Positions 12,231 to 25,289 of a stretch of DNA of 64,000 bases are shown one piece after another. A model generated the notes under the pieces. The model was not told where the DNA came from and did no database searches. It saw only the letters and a program-made list of their open reading frames with translations. The stretch's first letter is position 1; each line of letters opens with the position of its first letter. This DNA is from Carcharhinus longimanus (lineage: Eukaryota), in assembly GCA_030264375.1 (NCBI GenBank), contig JASCQW010000130.1, positions 33,034,791 through 33,098,790 on the forward strand, given 5' to 3'. A program made the position numbers and the translations under genes.

Positions 12231-12540
12231 AAGGACTTGAGGGCACAACGACAGAGTGAAGGGACGCTCCTTTAAAACTGAGATGAGGACACTGCTTTGA
12301 AACTGAGCCAGAGAGTGGTGATCTCTGGAACTCATTGCCACAGAGCGCTGTGGAGGCCAGGTCATAGAATGCCTTTGAGACATAGATAGATAGGTTCTTG
12401 ATCAATAAGGGGATCAAGAGTTATGGGGAGAAGGTAGGTGAATTGGGATGAGTATCTTGTCAGCCATGATTGAATGGTGGAGCAGACTCGATGGGCCGAA
12501 TGGCCTAATTCTGCGCCTATATCTTATGATCTTATGGTTC
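12231..12540 (+). mobile_element. CR1 LINE 3' end
   Basis: Typical CR1 3' coding remnant and tail ...GATGGGCCGAATGGCCTAATTCTGCGCCTATATCTTATG. Confidence 0.8.
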
Positions 12541-12651
12541 ATAGCTCCTGTGTGGAGATAATGTTGTAATGGTATTGTTACTGACCCAGGGTAATGCTCT
12601 GGGACTCAGGTTCAAATCCCACCACGGCGGCTGTTGAAATTTAAAAATAAG

Positions 12652-13495
12652 GGGAGCATGATGGCACAGTGGTTAGCTCTGCTGCCTCAGAACTCCAGGG
12701 ACCTGGGTTCAATTCCGGCCTCGGGTGACTGTCTGTGTGGAGCTTGCATGTTCTGCCTTGTCTGTTTGGATTTCCTCTGTGTGGTCTAGTTTCCTCCCAC
12801 AGTCCAAAGATGTGCAGGTTAGGTGGATTGGCCATAATAAATTGCCTCTTAGTGTCCCAGAATGTGTGGATTGGGGGATTAGCGGGGTAAATACAGAGAT
12901 ATACAGCGTGGAAACAGGCCCTTCGGCCCAACTTGTCCATGCCACCCTTTTTTGTAACCCTTAAGCTTGTCCCATCGTACCCGTGTAACTGTCTAAATGC
13001 TTTTCAAAGGACAAAATTGTAGCCGCGTCTACTACTACCTCTGGCAGCTTGTTCCAGACACTCACCGTCCTCTGTGTGAAAAAATTGCCCCTCTGGTTTT
13101 GTATCCCTCCCCTTTCACCTTAAACCTATGCTCTCTAGTTTTAGACTCCCTTACCTTTGGGAAAAGATATTGACTAGCTGATCTATACCCCTCATTATTT
13201 TATAGACCTCTATGAGATCAGCCCTCAGCCTCCTAAGCTCCAGAGAAAAAAGTCCTAGTCTATCCAGCCTCTCAAAAGAAAGGGTTTAAGAGAGCTAGGA
13301 GAGGGCATGAGAAATCCTTGACAGGTCGGATCCAGGAAAACCCCAAGGCTTTTTACTCTTACGTGAGAAATAAAAGAATGACCAGGGTAGGTGGGGCTGC
13401 AGAGATAAGGCCTGGTTAGAATGTTCTGATATCAGTGCAGACTCGATAGACCAAATGGCCTCCTTCTGCAGTGTAGTGATTCCATGATTCTATAT
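12652..13495 (+). mobile_element. HE1-like V-SINE interrupted by CR1 fragments (about 12893-13388)
   Basis: SINE head and core at 12652-12890, an inverted CR1 tail at 12895-13270, and the SINE 3' tail ending GATTCTAT at 13390-13493. Confidence 0.75.
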
Positions 13496-13924
13496 TATTA
13501 AGAATAGCTGCCTCTGTTTACACTTTAATTAACAGCATCACCTATGTATAATTTAAAGGACAGCAGACCCCGTGCAGACACAGCGAATAGCAATGTACAT
13601 CATAGAGGTTCACAGAATGGACAGTATTATAGAAAATAGCAGAATCTGGCCATACTTAGAGAATATTAAACCTTTTGTATAGTATCATGAGGTGCAGATC
13701 CACAGTATATTTTAGGAAATGGGAACCCATTTGTGTGTAATAGCAAATAATAGCTATTGACAGTAGCAATCTTTGTGTTCATTTTGCAGAAAAGGAGACC
13801 CTGTGATTAGAATTAGCTGCTATTACTGGGAATAAATGCTCTTATATACTTTAGGGAATAACAACCCTTGAATGTATTATAGGGAATAGAGCTCCTTTAT
13901 ATATTGTAGAATATAGAAGCCCAG

Positions 13925-15100
13925 AGGCCGAATTTTCAGTCGCCATTGAGAGGTTCAATACATACAAGTCCAGCAAAACACATGGAAGGCATCACTGATT
14001 CTTGACATCTCAGTGGTACATTTAGATTTGCGAAGAGAGGTCAGGAAGAGGTGCCACAACCCACATGCTTTTGATTAATTGCTTATTGAGCTTGTTGTTG
14101 AACTCATTAGGGAGCAATGGTTTACAAGCTTCAAATAATCAGCGCAGGGATCATGGACAATCCAGGATGCTTTTGGGCATAGCTGTTATGAACAAAGAGG
14201 GGAACCAGTAGTGCTCATGAACGCAGTATGCATAAAGTTGAAACTCAGTTGCTAATGAGTGAGTTGCATTGGTAGAGCTGAGAAGCTTGATTTTGTGAAG
14301 CAAGAGTGTGTAGACTCTTGAAAAGCACATGAGGCTGCGAGCACCACTTGGACATCATAGATGGGTTGAGGAAGTCCTGTTAAAGTAACGAGGGGCAGTT
14401 GAAGGTATTGAGATGGGAAAAGCCAACACTGGAGAGAGTGGCAAGGAGAAGCATCAGCAGATACAAGCTCCTGGTCAGGAGAGACCAGAGTAGCAAGGGC
14501 TGCAAGTCAAAGAAGGTGCTGCCCACAACATTGGGTGCACTTCTCAGTTACCTGAAATTGACAGAGCACCAGTGCCAGGAGATTGGCCCTATCCAGGAAG
14601 TTGCCTCTGACATTTGTGCTTTGATCCACAATGACCCATGGCCTCACAATACCCATTTTAGCCTCCTACCTACAGCCATTGGTGTGATTGTGGCACTGAA
14701 TGTCTTTGCATCTAGGTTATTCCAGGGATTAGATGTGGGCCTGTGTGGCATCTCAAAATTAGTAGCTCGTTGTGCAATCAGGTAGGTGATGGATGCCATA
14801 TTCCAGAGAGTAGGGACTATGTCTATTTTCAGACACAATTGACCAGCACAGGCGCAGAGGACATTGGATTTTGCCACTGTTGAAACTTTGGAAAAGAACA
14901 GGGTGATGGAGAAGAGGGGGAAGCAGAGAAGGAATGGGGAGCTTGGTGCCTAGGCATTAGAAGAAGTTCACCTAGAAAGTCTCACCGTAATCAATAGATT
15001 AGCAGTGATGCATTAGCTAGACTAATTCAACAATGATTCATCTGAGTGACTGTCAGATATTATGATATTTGGATTTGTCATATGCCTTGCATAATCAAGA
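13925..15100 (+). mobile_element. PIF/Harbinger transposon remnant (HARBI1-type transposase N-terminal part)
   Basis: Peptide LPTAIGVIVALNVFASRLFQGLDVGLCGISKLVARCAIR.VMDAIF resembles the Harbinger transposase HTH region. TIR-like GGCCGAATTTT at 13926. Confidence 0.65.
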
Positions 15101-15369
15101 AAAATAATTCAAGTACACCTCTGATTAATTGCATTGCCACCCATATAGAATGAAGCTCAGGGTCCCCTCTCCGACGGTCTCCCCCATCACAAACCTTGGC
15201 ACCAGCCAAACCTCTGACAACAGCCTCATCGGCCAATGGTCTTTTTGACATCAAGTAATGATAACATACATACCTACTCAATAGTTTAATCAATACTATT
15301 ATAATTGTTGTAGTCAACTTCTGTCCATCTCAGGAAATGATGGACTGCACCTGGGGTAAATGTAACTTC

Positions 15370-15800
15370 TGGATTGCATTTTGCCTGTTGTTGCTGTAAA
15401 AGCCAAATCATGAGTGACAATCCCTTAGCTGGCACAACTGAATAGCATTGGTTAAAAGCCAACTGCTGTTTTTTTCGTCCAGTGCACTGTTTTTTCCACT
15501 ATGATCTTTCCTTTTGTCCTCTGATTTTTCCACACCCTTCCTGACTGCTTGTCTCCAGACTCTCTGGTCATCAACAAGGACTTTCCATGTGTTGAGTCCA
15601 TCCTGCGTACCTTGAGGTCTCACTTGAAGACATCTTTGTAGATGTGGGCAACTTGCTGGTCTCGTAGCAAGCTCACCATAGAGCATGTCTTTGGGAATGT
15701 CTTTGCTCAGGGACAACTGATCCACAAGCTGCTTTACATGAGTTTCTATATAGGATATCAGCGTGGTATCATCAGCAAACAACTCACAGACTAGGGCTTA
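15370..15800 (-). mobile_element. RTE-clade LINE fragment, internally deleted
   Basis: FADDTTLISY..VKQLVDQLS is joined directly to IPKDMLYGELAT, an RTE C-terminal motif. Confidence 0.75.
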
Positions 15801-17358
15801 ATGGACAGCACAGTGAAAATGCAAACTCAAAATAAATTACCCAAGGGATCCAGGAAGTGCATTTAACAACACAGTACCTTGTGTTCACAACTGTTCCTAC
15901 TGGGTGTTCGCCATTCTAACCTGAAAGTGAGAGCTTTTGTACTGGAGTGATATATTGGAATAGCCAATATAGCATATTGCAGAGAGTATTGGCACCTATA
16001 CATCAATGGGAATAGCAGCCCTTGTGCACATTGTAGAAACCAGCAGACCTTGGGTTATTAAAGAGGATTAGCAGCCGCTGTGCACGCCATGGGGAACAGC
16101 AGACACTGTTAATATATTAAGAATAGCAGCTTGCATTATGTTATAACGCATAGCACCTGGGTGTACATTTTGGGGAAAGCAGCTCCTGTCCATACTATGG
16201 GGAAGAACAGTCCCTTTGTATATTAGAGAGAATAGCAGTGGCTGAGGATGTTATAGTGAACAGAAGTCCCTGTGCATCTTGTAGAGTGTAGCAGCTCTGG
16301 TGTACATAATAGAAGATAGCAGGTTCTGTGTACATTATGGTAAGAACAGCCCTTATTTATGTTATGCTGAGTAGCAGCTGCCTTGTGTATGAGAAGGATT
16401 AGCAGACCTTGTTTATATTACAGAGAATAGTAGCCATCGTGTATATTAGAGAGAATTTGGACATTATGCAGAATAGCAGCCCCCATGTAAACTATAGAGA
16501 ATAGCTGCCTGTGTACATATTTTAGAGAATAGAATGTCCTGTGCATATTATAGGCAATGGTAGCACTTATACTTTATAGACAAGGACAGGCCCTGTGTAT
16601 ACTAGAAAAAAGGGAGAAAATGACAGCACTGATGTATAACAGAGAGTAGCAGCTTCTTTATTTAATAGGCAAGCATGCTCTATGAATGTTGTAGAGAATA
16701 GTAGTACAGTATGTACTTCAGGGAATAACTGCCCCTCTATATCCAGTAGGGAATAGCAGCTTTTGTATATCGTAATAGCGACTGCCTTATATATTGTTGA
16801 AAATGCAGACCCCATTAATGTATTCGAGAATAGCAAACCCTAGTGTACCTATCACTCGTGTAAGAATTAGACTAATGTCATAATGAACAGAAGAGGCCTT
16901 CTATCCTGCCCACAAATGTGAATGTTATAATCTGATCATCACTAACTCAAGTTTATGCAAGATACTTCAAAGTTTCTTTTTTCATTTCCTGTCATTGTTT
17001 TCATCCATAAAGCATGGGGCGTGTACAATCCAAACTATTAACATGAGCTGATTGTTATACCAAGCCCTTGTCTCTGTGGTACACAAATAAATCCTTCAGT
17101 GTTTTAGTTCATCAATATGACATTAGTAAATAGAAAGATATTGCACTATGAAGTAGGACTAACATGGTACAAGTTCTCCTAGCGTTCCTTGTCCTGCATT
17201 ATTGGCACAGTTCTTTGTCCAGGATGTGTTTGTCTCTTTAACTTGAATGTTCTGTGTTTTTTTATGGATTACTAACCCTTTCCTCTAGAATCAGTCTTGT
17301 AGACATTTCCATTCATTCTTCCATTCCATCCTAATGCTCCGATTCTTTTCTTTCCAAG

Positions 17359-17382
17359 CCTCTGTACGCAGAAGGAAAACGG
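17359..17382 (+). CDS. SHANK3: SHANK3 24-nt microexon (mammalian exon 18 equivalent), (A)SVRRRKT(E)
   Basis: ttcttttctttccaAG|CCTCTGTACGCAGAAGGAAAACGG|GTAAGT. Phase 1-1 and frame-preserving; corresponds to mammalian ASIRRRKG. Missed by the ORF track. Confidence 0.93.
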
Positions 17383-20300
17383 GTAAGTTGTTCTCTTAAA
17401 ACCTGACAACAAACGCCATTTTATTTCTTGTGGTGCTTTGTGTGTTGGCGCTGTGTTGAGCAGACATGCTTCTGTTGAGTGGTACACCTGCACAGTTTTA
17501 AGAGAACAGTCATTATACGCACCTACCCCACCATTTCCTCCACCACATAAACTCAGGGTGGTGGAAAAATTTCTTCGGTGCACTAAGTGAAGTGAAAATC
17601 CTAAATATGGTTTAAAATTGTGTCACAAATCAATCTGGCACAGTAAAAAAATGAAGTAGAGTGCATGGAAGAGTAGAGTATACATTGGCTGTGGAAAGAG
17701 GTCAATTGGGTGAGTAGAATGCTTGATAGAATAGAGTTCACATGACCTGTGTATGAAAGGAGTTTGATGGATAAAATCATTTTCTGATTCAATGCCCAAA
17801 TGAAGAACATAAAAATATGAGATCTTGACAGGACCCAGAATCTTGATATTGGAAAAAAATCATAATATCAAAAATGAAATGCCGAGCGTGATACTTCCTC
17901 TCAAATAAATAGCATATTGGTGCTTGTATGTCTATGTGACTTCAAAATCTGGGTCCAATATACAAGGATTTAGGTAAAATCCCTGTCTCAAGTTATGTGA
18001 TCCACTTCCTGAGGATGAATATATGTTTGAAGAACAACATAATTCAATATAATTTTATCCATGCCTTTGCAGATTTGCCCATGAATGCCAGACTTTTACT
18101 AAGGCTAACACAGATAGTCTGTGGTTATTTGGTGGCCATTTCCAAGAGAGCAAAGCTTCTAACACAGACACAAGGGGCTTGCTTACAAATGAAATCCTTG
18201 AAGCAATGTAACTGAAAGTGCTTTGTCTATCTTAACATGAATTAACATTTCTCAGATAGAAAGATTTCTTCTTGGTGGTGTCTACCATTTTGGGTCTCGG
18301 TCCTTCACCTGTGGTCATGAAGTCTGAGCCTCAGATCTTCATCTTGTGTCCTGTGCTGTGAGACCTCTGCCATTCACCTGATACTAATGAGGTTTTGGAA
18401 CCCCATTTGACTTTCTATACTGTGGAACCTTAGCCCATTCCTTGGTTCCTGCGCTATGATTCTTGGGTATTTCACCTGGTATGCTACACAACAGGAATTA
18501 AGCTATCCANNNNNNNNNNNNNNNNNNNNNNNNNNNNNNNNNNNNNNNNNNNNNNNNNNNNNNNNNNNNNNNNNNNNNNNNNNNNNNNNNNNNNNNNNNN
18601 NNNNNNNNNTCCAGCACAATGAGACATTTGTCTTTCAAATTTTTTTTTAAAGTAACTAAACAAGGAAATGTTTTTGTTTAGAACTTGGAACATACAGGAA
18701 ATAAGGTACATACCTAGATAATCATTTGATGGTGTTGGTTGTGGGAAGAATGTTCATGAGGACACTGTCTGCTGCTCATTTTAAATGGCTTCACAGCATC
18801 ATTTATATCCAATGGAATAGAGCAGACATTGGTTTTGTGTCTCAGTTAAAGAAGGCACAGATAACCAGCTAAATAATGGAGCCAAATTTTCAATGGGGTT
18901 CATACATCCATTCACCACAATTTAAGTGAAAAGACTGTGAAAACCTCGGACAATGGGGTTTACTTAGAGATGAGAGTGCTGCCAACTGTGCCAAACTAAT
19001 ACTTAGAATGAAGCAGGACATAGCAAAACGATAAAAGATTAGGACTGAAGTCAAGATTCTTAATGAGGCTATTGAAAGCCGAGTGAAAAATGTCAAGGTA
19101 GATATACAGGACAGGGTGATTCAGGATTTGTCAGACAAGGGAGAACCAGAGTTTGAAGGGGTTTGATTCCACGTGGCAGCAAGTACCAGAGAGAGAGCAT
19201 GAGGAGAGTGTGAAAACTGTAAGGAAAACTGGGTTGGGGCAATGGGGTGAAAGAAAGACAGGGAGAACTGAGGGGAGAGTTAACTGTTTCACTGGTGAGA
19301 GTAGGCATGTCTTTGGAAGAGAACGAATGGCAGACAGTGAAGCTGGGCAACTCCCTCGAGTGGCTGATTCGCAATACTATTTTGAGAAAACAAGTAAAGC
19401 ATATTAATAAATCAAGGATAAATTAAAAAGGCAGCCACCTAAAAGGCTACTATAGCAGAAAACAAAGAGAAGGGTACTTACAAACTTCAAATTATAATGT
19501 ATATAAGGGCTGATATCAAACCTCAGTGTTTGTGGTGCCCATTAATCACAGAAGGGCTTATTTTCTGTATCAACTCTCAATCCTTAATCAAACAGTGCCC
19601 ATTGCCTGTGTACCTTTAACAACATAATCAATCAACCATTAACTAATTCCCCTTTCTTTCTTTAAACAAAACTTTATAACATTTAAATGATCATAGTGCA
19701 AACAAAGAAAAGTAAATTTGGTTTTCTATATTTCTTACAACTTATCGTAACACAAGATGTCCTTCTTCTAGGACCTCCAACAACTTCTTAGGGTAAACAT
19801 CCCTCTTTATGAAACAGTTTTATAATTGGTAACCTGCATCAACACCCATTTTAGTTTAGGGATTTCTTTTCTCTCTAGAACTTCCTTTATAATAGCAATG
19901 TCAATCCTCAACGTGTTCGCAGTGACACTGTCAAATAAACATTATCCCATCAAAAATGGTTATTCAATTAAGAACATACATAAGAACATAAGAAATAGGA
20001 GCAGGAGTAGGCCATCTAGCCCTTCGAGCCTGCCCCGCTATTCAATAAGATCANNNNNNNNNNNNNNNNNNNNNNNNNNNNNNNNNNNNNNNNNNNNNNN
20101 NNNNNNNNNNNNNNNNNNNNNNNNNNNNNNNNNNNNNNNNNNNNNNNNNNNNNTTTCCTACAGAATGTTAGATAAGTACAATACTATATCTATTGCTCCT
20201 ACTAGCACCAGTGTTCCTGCAGCTAGGGTACTTTAAGCCACCCTTTTATTTCCTTGGCTTTCTAGACCAAGGGACATTTTCCATTTTCATCCAGCAAGAA

Positions 20301-20717
20301 TCTGATAAACACAGCTGTATTTGAATGCCTATTTGGAAGAATTGCGTGGGAGACATCACCAAAAGGAACAAACAGTTTAATCACCAAGACTGGAAACTTC
20401 AGTGTCCATTTCTCCAAATTTTATTTCTTTAATGTTTTATTTCTCCTCAATACCTTCTTACTTGCAATGTGTTTCATCAAATTCCAATTAGTAGCACTGT
20501 GCCTTGTCTGGGAACATAGTCAGTTTAACGGTCTAACCAAACTTCTTAATTATTCTGTTTCTTTTTTGGATGCAAAATCATTTTTATCTGAGGATCTAGA
20601 CCAATTTATTGGGAAACGATTAAATGTTTTTAGGTATAATTGTTGATTCAAGATTACATCTGAGTTATTCTGCTTAACATCAAACTCTATGGAAGGAATT
20701 CTCTGGCTTTTTAAGGT

Positions 20718-20865
20718 GGTGTGATTCTCTGGTCCTGCAGTCAGTGCCCGTCCTGCCCCAGCGATGAGGGGTGGCTTCAATGGGAATTTCCATTCACAGC
20801 AGTGGGTCAGGAGGATCCTGCTGCCACCAAGAAAATTGCTGAGGAGAGGCCAGAGAATTTTGCCC
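20718..20865. mobile_element. Short MITE (GGGC..AATT-type TIR family)
   Basis: Ends GGTGTGATTCTCTGG and CCAGAGAATTTTGCCC form imperfect inverted termini. Confidence 0.5.
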
Positions 20866-23499
20866 TATGTATTTAAAAGCCCCACAAAGCTCAACTTCTA
20901 ACATTAAATTCTGTTTTTATCTCACCTATGACAAATTGCTCAAATTCCACAAGAACTTCCCATAGAATATCATTGATGTGCATCATAAAGATGTCTGGGA
21001 GTTTCTCTTTGTGGCATTAATAGAACATCACTGGGTCTGCTCTCAGCTGAATATAACATATCTTCAGAAAGAGAGGCCTAACTGAGAAATACCATACCCT
21101 CGTTGCATCATTCAATCCATAAACATGTTTGTTTCATTTCCACAGCTTCCCTTCTGCATCATTATCTTCTTCAGATGGTTTCCAAAAGGGTGAAATTTTC
21201 CACCCTTCAAAAAATGCAGTTTTGGTGTTGATTGACCAATATTCCCAGAAATGTGTGACCAAGAGAACTCTAGCATGGAGGAGTCTACTAAGGCATTTTG
21301 GTCAAATCTCTCTTTGAAACCCTGAGCCACTAGTCTCGCTTTTGCTTTGTCCGATCAGGAAATACTTCTTCCCAAACATATCCACATATAAGGCTGGTTG
21401 TCCCCGATCTGGTATTTCATAGTACAGACCAAGTTTTTCCAACTATTTAATTGTTTTTGTTCTGCATGTCTTGTTGAATTAATTTCTAATTCATTGTAGA
21501 CACCAAAATTTCCCAATCATAAGGGCTTCTATTTCTAGTGGCTTTCCTAGTTTGTCTATAGTAAATGTTTTAGTTAAAATAATTTTTTTAGTAAAGAGCT
21601 TTACATGCTCTTCTGGACTACTGATACTTGAACTCTACCTCCCACAATCAGAAGCCTCAGGCCAGATTCACTTCCAGATCCACGAATATAATTTTTACTG
21701 CTGCTTCTAGCTATGCAGAGTGTTACCTCAATTTGCTAGTCCATACATCGTACTTCTAGTCAATGTTTGAATTTGCCCATGGCTTTCTCTGCTCTCACTA
21801 CAATGATCACATCTCTCCATTTACCAGAACCTCCTGGAATATATGCTACTCGTGTACCAAGCTTCTTGTGATGAGTACAATTCCCTCAAATTGCTTCCCC
21901 TCCTAAACTTTCTGTGTTGCGCACAGCCTTGAAACCCTGGCAGGATTCATTGCCTCCTCCCCCACCTCCACCGTATTATAGCAATGGAGGCACCCTGCCA
22001 TGAGTCAGCGGCAGAATCTTTCACTCCTGCTGTTGTCAATGAGTTTCCTCTCCACCACTGGGAAATCTGCAGCAGGGAGTTGTCTTTATCTTAATAATTC
22101 CTGTGCATTAGTAAGATTTATTCTCCTGTTATTATTATCCAATTCCTGTTGTCTGCCAGATCAGCCAACAGGCCTTCGTTCTCAAGCCTCCATCCTCATT
22201 CCTTTGTCTATGATTCTTCTTTTATATTGCCACCTGTGGCCCATTTCTGAACTTCTCAAAATCCTCCATCTTTTGTGACACTGCTGAATGCTCCAATTGT
22301 GCCATGAAGGGCAATGAAAATGACTGTATTCCCAAGAATTTTTATTAACGTCTCTTTCTGAAACCTAACTCCAGGTAAGACCAGAAGCTTATCCATTGTG
22401 CACAATGCAACAAATATAAAGCAGGCACTGAACCAGGAATTTCCAAATAGAATTTATTCAATATTGTATATCATCTGTTAAATTCCATGATATACTCCTC
22501 TATGGAAAAATTGTTCATCTTTCTCAATATATCAAAGTCTGAATGTGAACATTAGAACATAAGAAATAGGAGCAGGAGTAGGCCATCTAGCCCCTCGAGC
22601 CTGCCCTGCCATTCAGTAAGATCATGGCTGNNNNNNNNNNNNNNNNNNNNNNNNNNNNNNNNNNNNNNNNNNNNNNNNNNNNNNNNNNNNNNNNNNNNNN
22701 NNNNNNNNNNNNNNNNNNNNNNNNNNNNNNNNNNNNNNNNNNNNNNNNNNNNNNNNNNNNNNNNNNNNNNNNNNNNNNNNNNNNNNNNNNNNNNNNNNNN
22801 NNNNNNNNNNNNNNNNNNNNNNNNNNNNNNNNNNNNNNNNNNNNNNNNNNNNNNNNNNNNNNNNNNNNNNNNNNNNNNNNNNNNNNNNNNNNNNNNNNNN
22901 NNNNTTGAATACAATTAATAGATCATCTTTCTTATAAATTTTGTCAGAATATCCAAACATTCTTCAGTGTCCAAGTCATGAGCTTCCAGTTCCAAAAATA
23001 CTTTGCAGTGAATCCTGACTTGTTTGGAAATAACAGTGCCAAGGTCCAACCTTCCTTTTTCTTTAACTTTAGTAAGTGTGTTTAACAGTTTTCATATATC
23101 TCCTTAATTGTTCCATTGATCATGAGGTTCAGATTCAGACAACATCAGTGGGAAAACATACCCTGACACTTTACACCTGGTTTCAGCCATTCTTCTCAAA
23201 AGTAATTCAATTACAGTTTTCAGTCTGAAATTTTTTTCTCAGTTTCCAATCTCCATGTTTAAGAACTCTCCTCTGCTACCATGTTAAATGGATCCAGACC
23301 AGATGATGAAGTTCAAAACATGACACAGATTTTCTTTGATAATAGGTTATTCACAAGATGCAGACTTCTGCCTCCTAACTCTACCCCGGTATCCCAACTA
23401 ATTCTCTTTATATTGTTCAGAAAAAAGATCAATAATATAAACAAATTAAAAAGGAGGACATCCTGTGGTGGGGCACTGTAACAAAAAGTCAAATTTTCA

Positions 23500-24290
23500 A
23501 AGGAAACTCAACTAATCTAACCAAAATATAATTTCTGGGGTGACAATGCACCCTAGCCCTCATGCAGCCCACTGGTTGTGGAAGGCCGAGAGTACACCAG
23601 TAGACACCATGTGCACCCTCTCCAGGGCCATCTAGTTATGAACATAGCCGCTGTAGAGGGGCAGACAGTCAGATCAAATGACCCCCTCGACTGCCTAGCC
23701 AAGCCCTGGAGAAAATCCTCTACCTTCCTTGACGTCCCCCCTTTGCAGTGGAAGACCAAAGATGAGGAGTGTGGAGCTGAAGTGCAAATGAAACTCAGGT
23801 AAAAGGTTTTTCAAGGAACAACAGAAGGGGTTCAACCTACAACAATTTACATACACATGCTCCACAGACTTCGCAGATTCACCAAAAATACAGGCATTTT
23901 GGGAACCGGTGAACCAATCTGTCTTACAATTGTATGGGATTGCTGCGTGCAACACCCTCCACCCCAAGACCCCAATGGTAATGGGAAGGACCCCCACATA
24001 GACAGCCCTCTACTGGATACATCAGCTGCTGGACAACAACTTGGCATGCCAAGTCATGTCTCGATGGCAGGTGAGGACAAGGAGGTGAAGGGTGTGCAGT
24101 CGTCTATACAGAAACCTCTTCACACTGAACTAAAAGACATGGAGTATATTTCCATGAGGCATCTCAGGTTCTGGGGTCCCTGCTTCCAAGGGAAGATTCA
24201 GGGCTTGAACCAGAGTGGAATTCCATCTGAGCAAGGGTTCACTAAGATGCTAGTTCACTGCACGCTTGTGCTTGTGTGACATTGCGTCCC
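23500..24290 (-). mobile_element. Tx1/L1-clade LINE ORF2 3' fragment
   Basis: GWRVLHAAIPYN...NACIFGESAKSVEHVYVNC resembles the C-terminal zinc-binding region of L1/Tx1 ORF2. Confidence 0.7.
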
Positions 24291-24399
24291 AGCATAATCA
24301 TTTTAAGGTCACGGATGGCTTTGGTCACAAGTTGGATATCCACCAACACACAATGTGCCAAATTACTGTCTTTATCTTCTTTTAATAAAACAATCATCA

Positions 24400-24680
24400 A
24401 TAAATCAAACAAAAATGATAGAGGTAACTGCTGACTGGTGGACCACTATAAAATAAAATGTCAAAAGGGAACTTAATAAATTAAATTAAATGTCATTGGG
24501 TTGATGATGCAACCCAGCCCCAAAAGCGTCCACTTGTCACAGAAGGCCTGAAGTGTGTCAGTGGATATTGCATGCTCCCTCTCAAAAGCCAATTGGCCAC
24601 ACACGTAGCCACGATAGCGGGCAGGCAGATGGACAGTGGACCCTTCCCCAGGAACATCCTTCCCTCTTCCTGCCTCTCCA
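24400..24680 (-). mobile_element. Second Tx1-like LINE 3' end
   Basis: RGYVCGQLAFEREHAISTDTLQAFCDKWTLLGLGCIINP resembles a Tx1 ORF2 C-terminus. Confidence 0.6.
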
Positions 24681-25289
24681 CATTGTGTGATGTTCAGTAT
24701 CAGGATCATTCAGTATTATGTTCAGTTAATGAATTTTGGAATTGTTCACTCATTGAGCTTATTCAAAAAAGAGAGGTCAGTAGATTTTTGGATTGTTAGA
24801 ATCTTGGTAGAGACTAATAGCTTTTATAAATAAATTTGCACTCCCAGTTATTGGATGGCAAAATGAATGGCATTTTTGCATTATAATAAAATCTTTACAA
24901 GAGTTAAGCAAAGCATATATTACTAATATAACACTATATTTTATAAATGCTTACATGTAAAGCCTTAAAATCTCAACAGAACACTCCCTTTTCTAATTTT
25001 ACTTCCACCCAAGAGTTCACCATATACTTTGCAGGATTCTGAACATTCCTTCTAGTGTGGTACTCTTGTGATGCCCGAATAAAAATTTAAACTAAATTTC
25101 CCCAATTTCGAAGCCATCCCTTTCTTCCAAGAAATGTTATGAGTAATTTAAACCCCTTATTGAGACAGTTCTAAACATCCTGTTTTCACCAAGAAACTCA
25201 TTTTTAGATTAACAATAGTTCCACTGTGACCTTATTTAACAAACATAAGCCACCCTTTGATTTGCAAATATATCAGGTTCTCAAATAAG

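Larger units (their letters stand above)
8680..16850. repeat. Old degenerate ~28-bp tandem array (consensus ~ATAGAGAATAGCAGCCCCTGTGTATATT) split by insertions
   Basis: Blocks at about 8680-8795, 8980-10220, 11310-11497, 13492-13922 and 15945-16850. Adjacent 28-nt units include 9361 atagaaaactgcagccactatatacaat and 9389 atagagaatagcagccccagtgtatatt. Confidence 0.85.

Noticed and set aside
8680-16850. Regularly spaced ~28-bp repeats as a CRISPR array
   Set aside because: The units are contiguous and diverged with no unique spacers, no cas genes are present, and the context is a vertebrate intron.
19400-23480. Possible decayed retroelement on the - strand
   Set aside because: It looks repeat-derived, but I could not read diagnostic motifs, so it is left unannotated.
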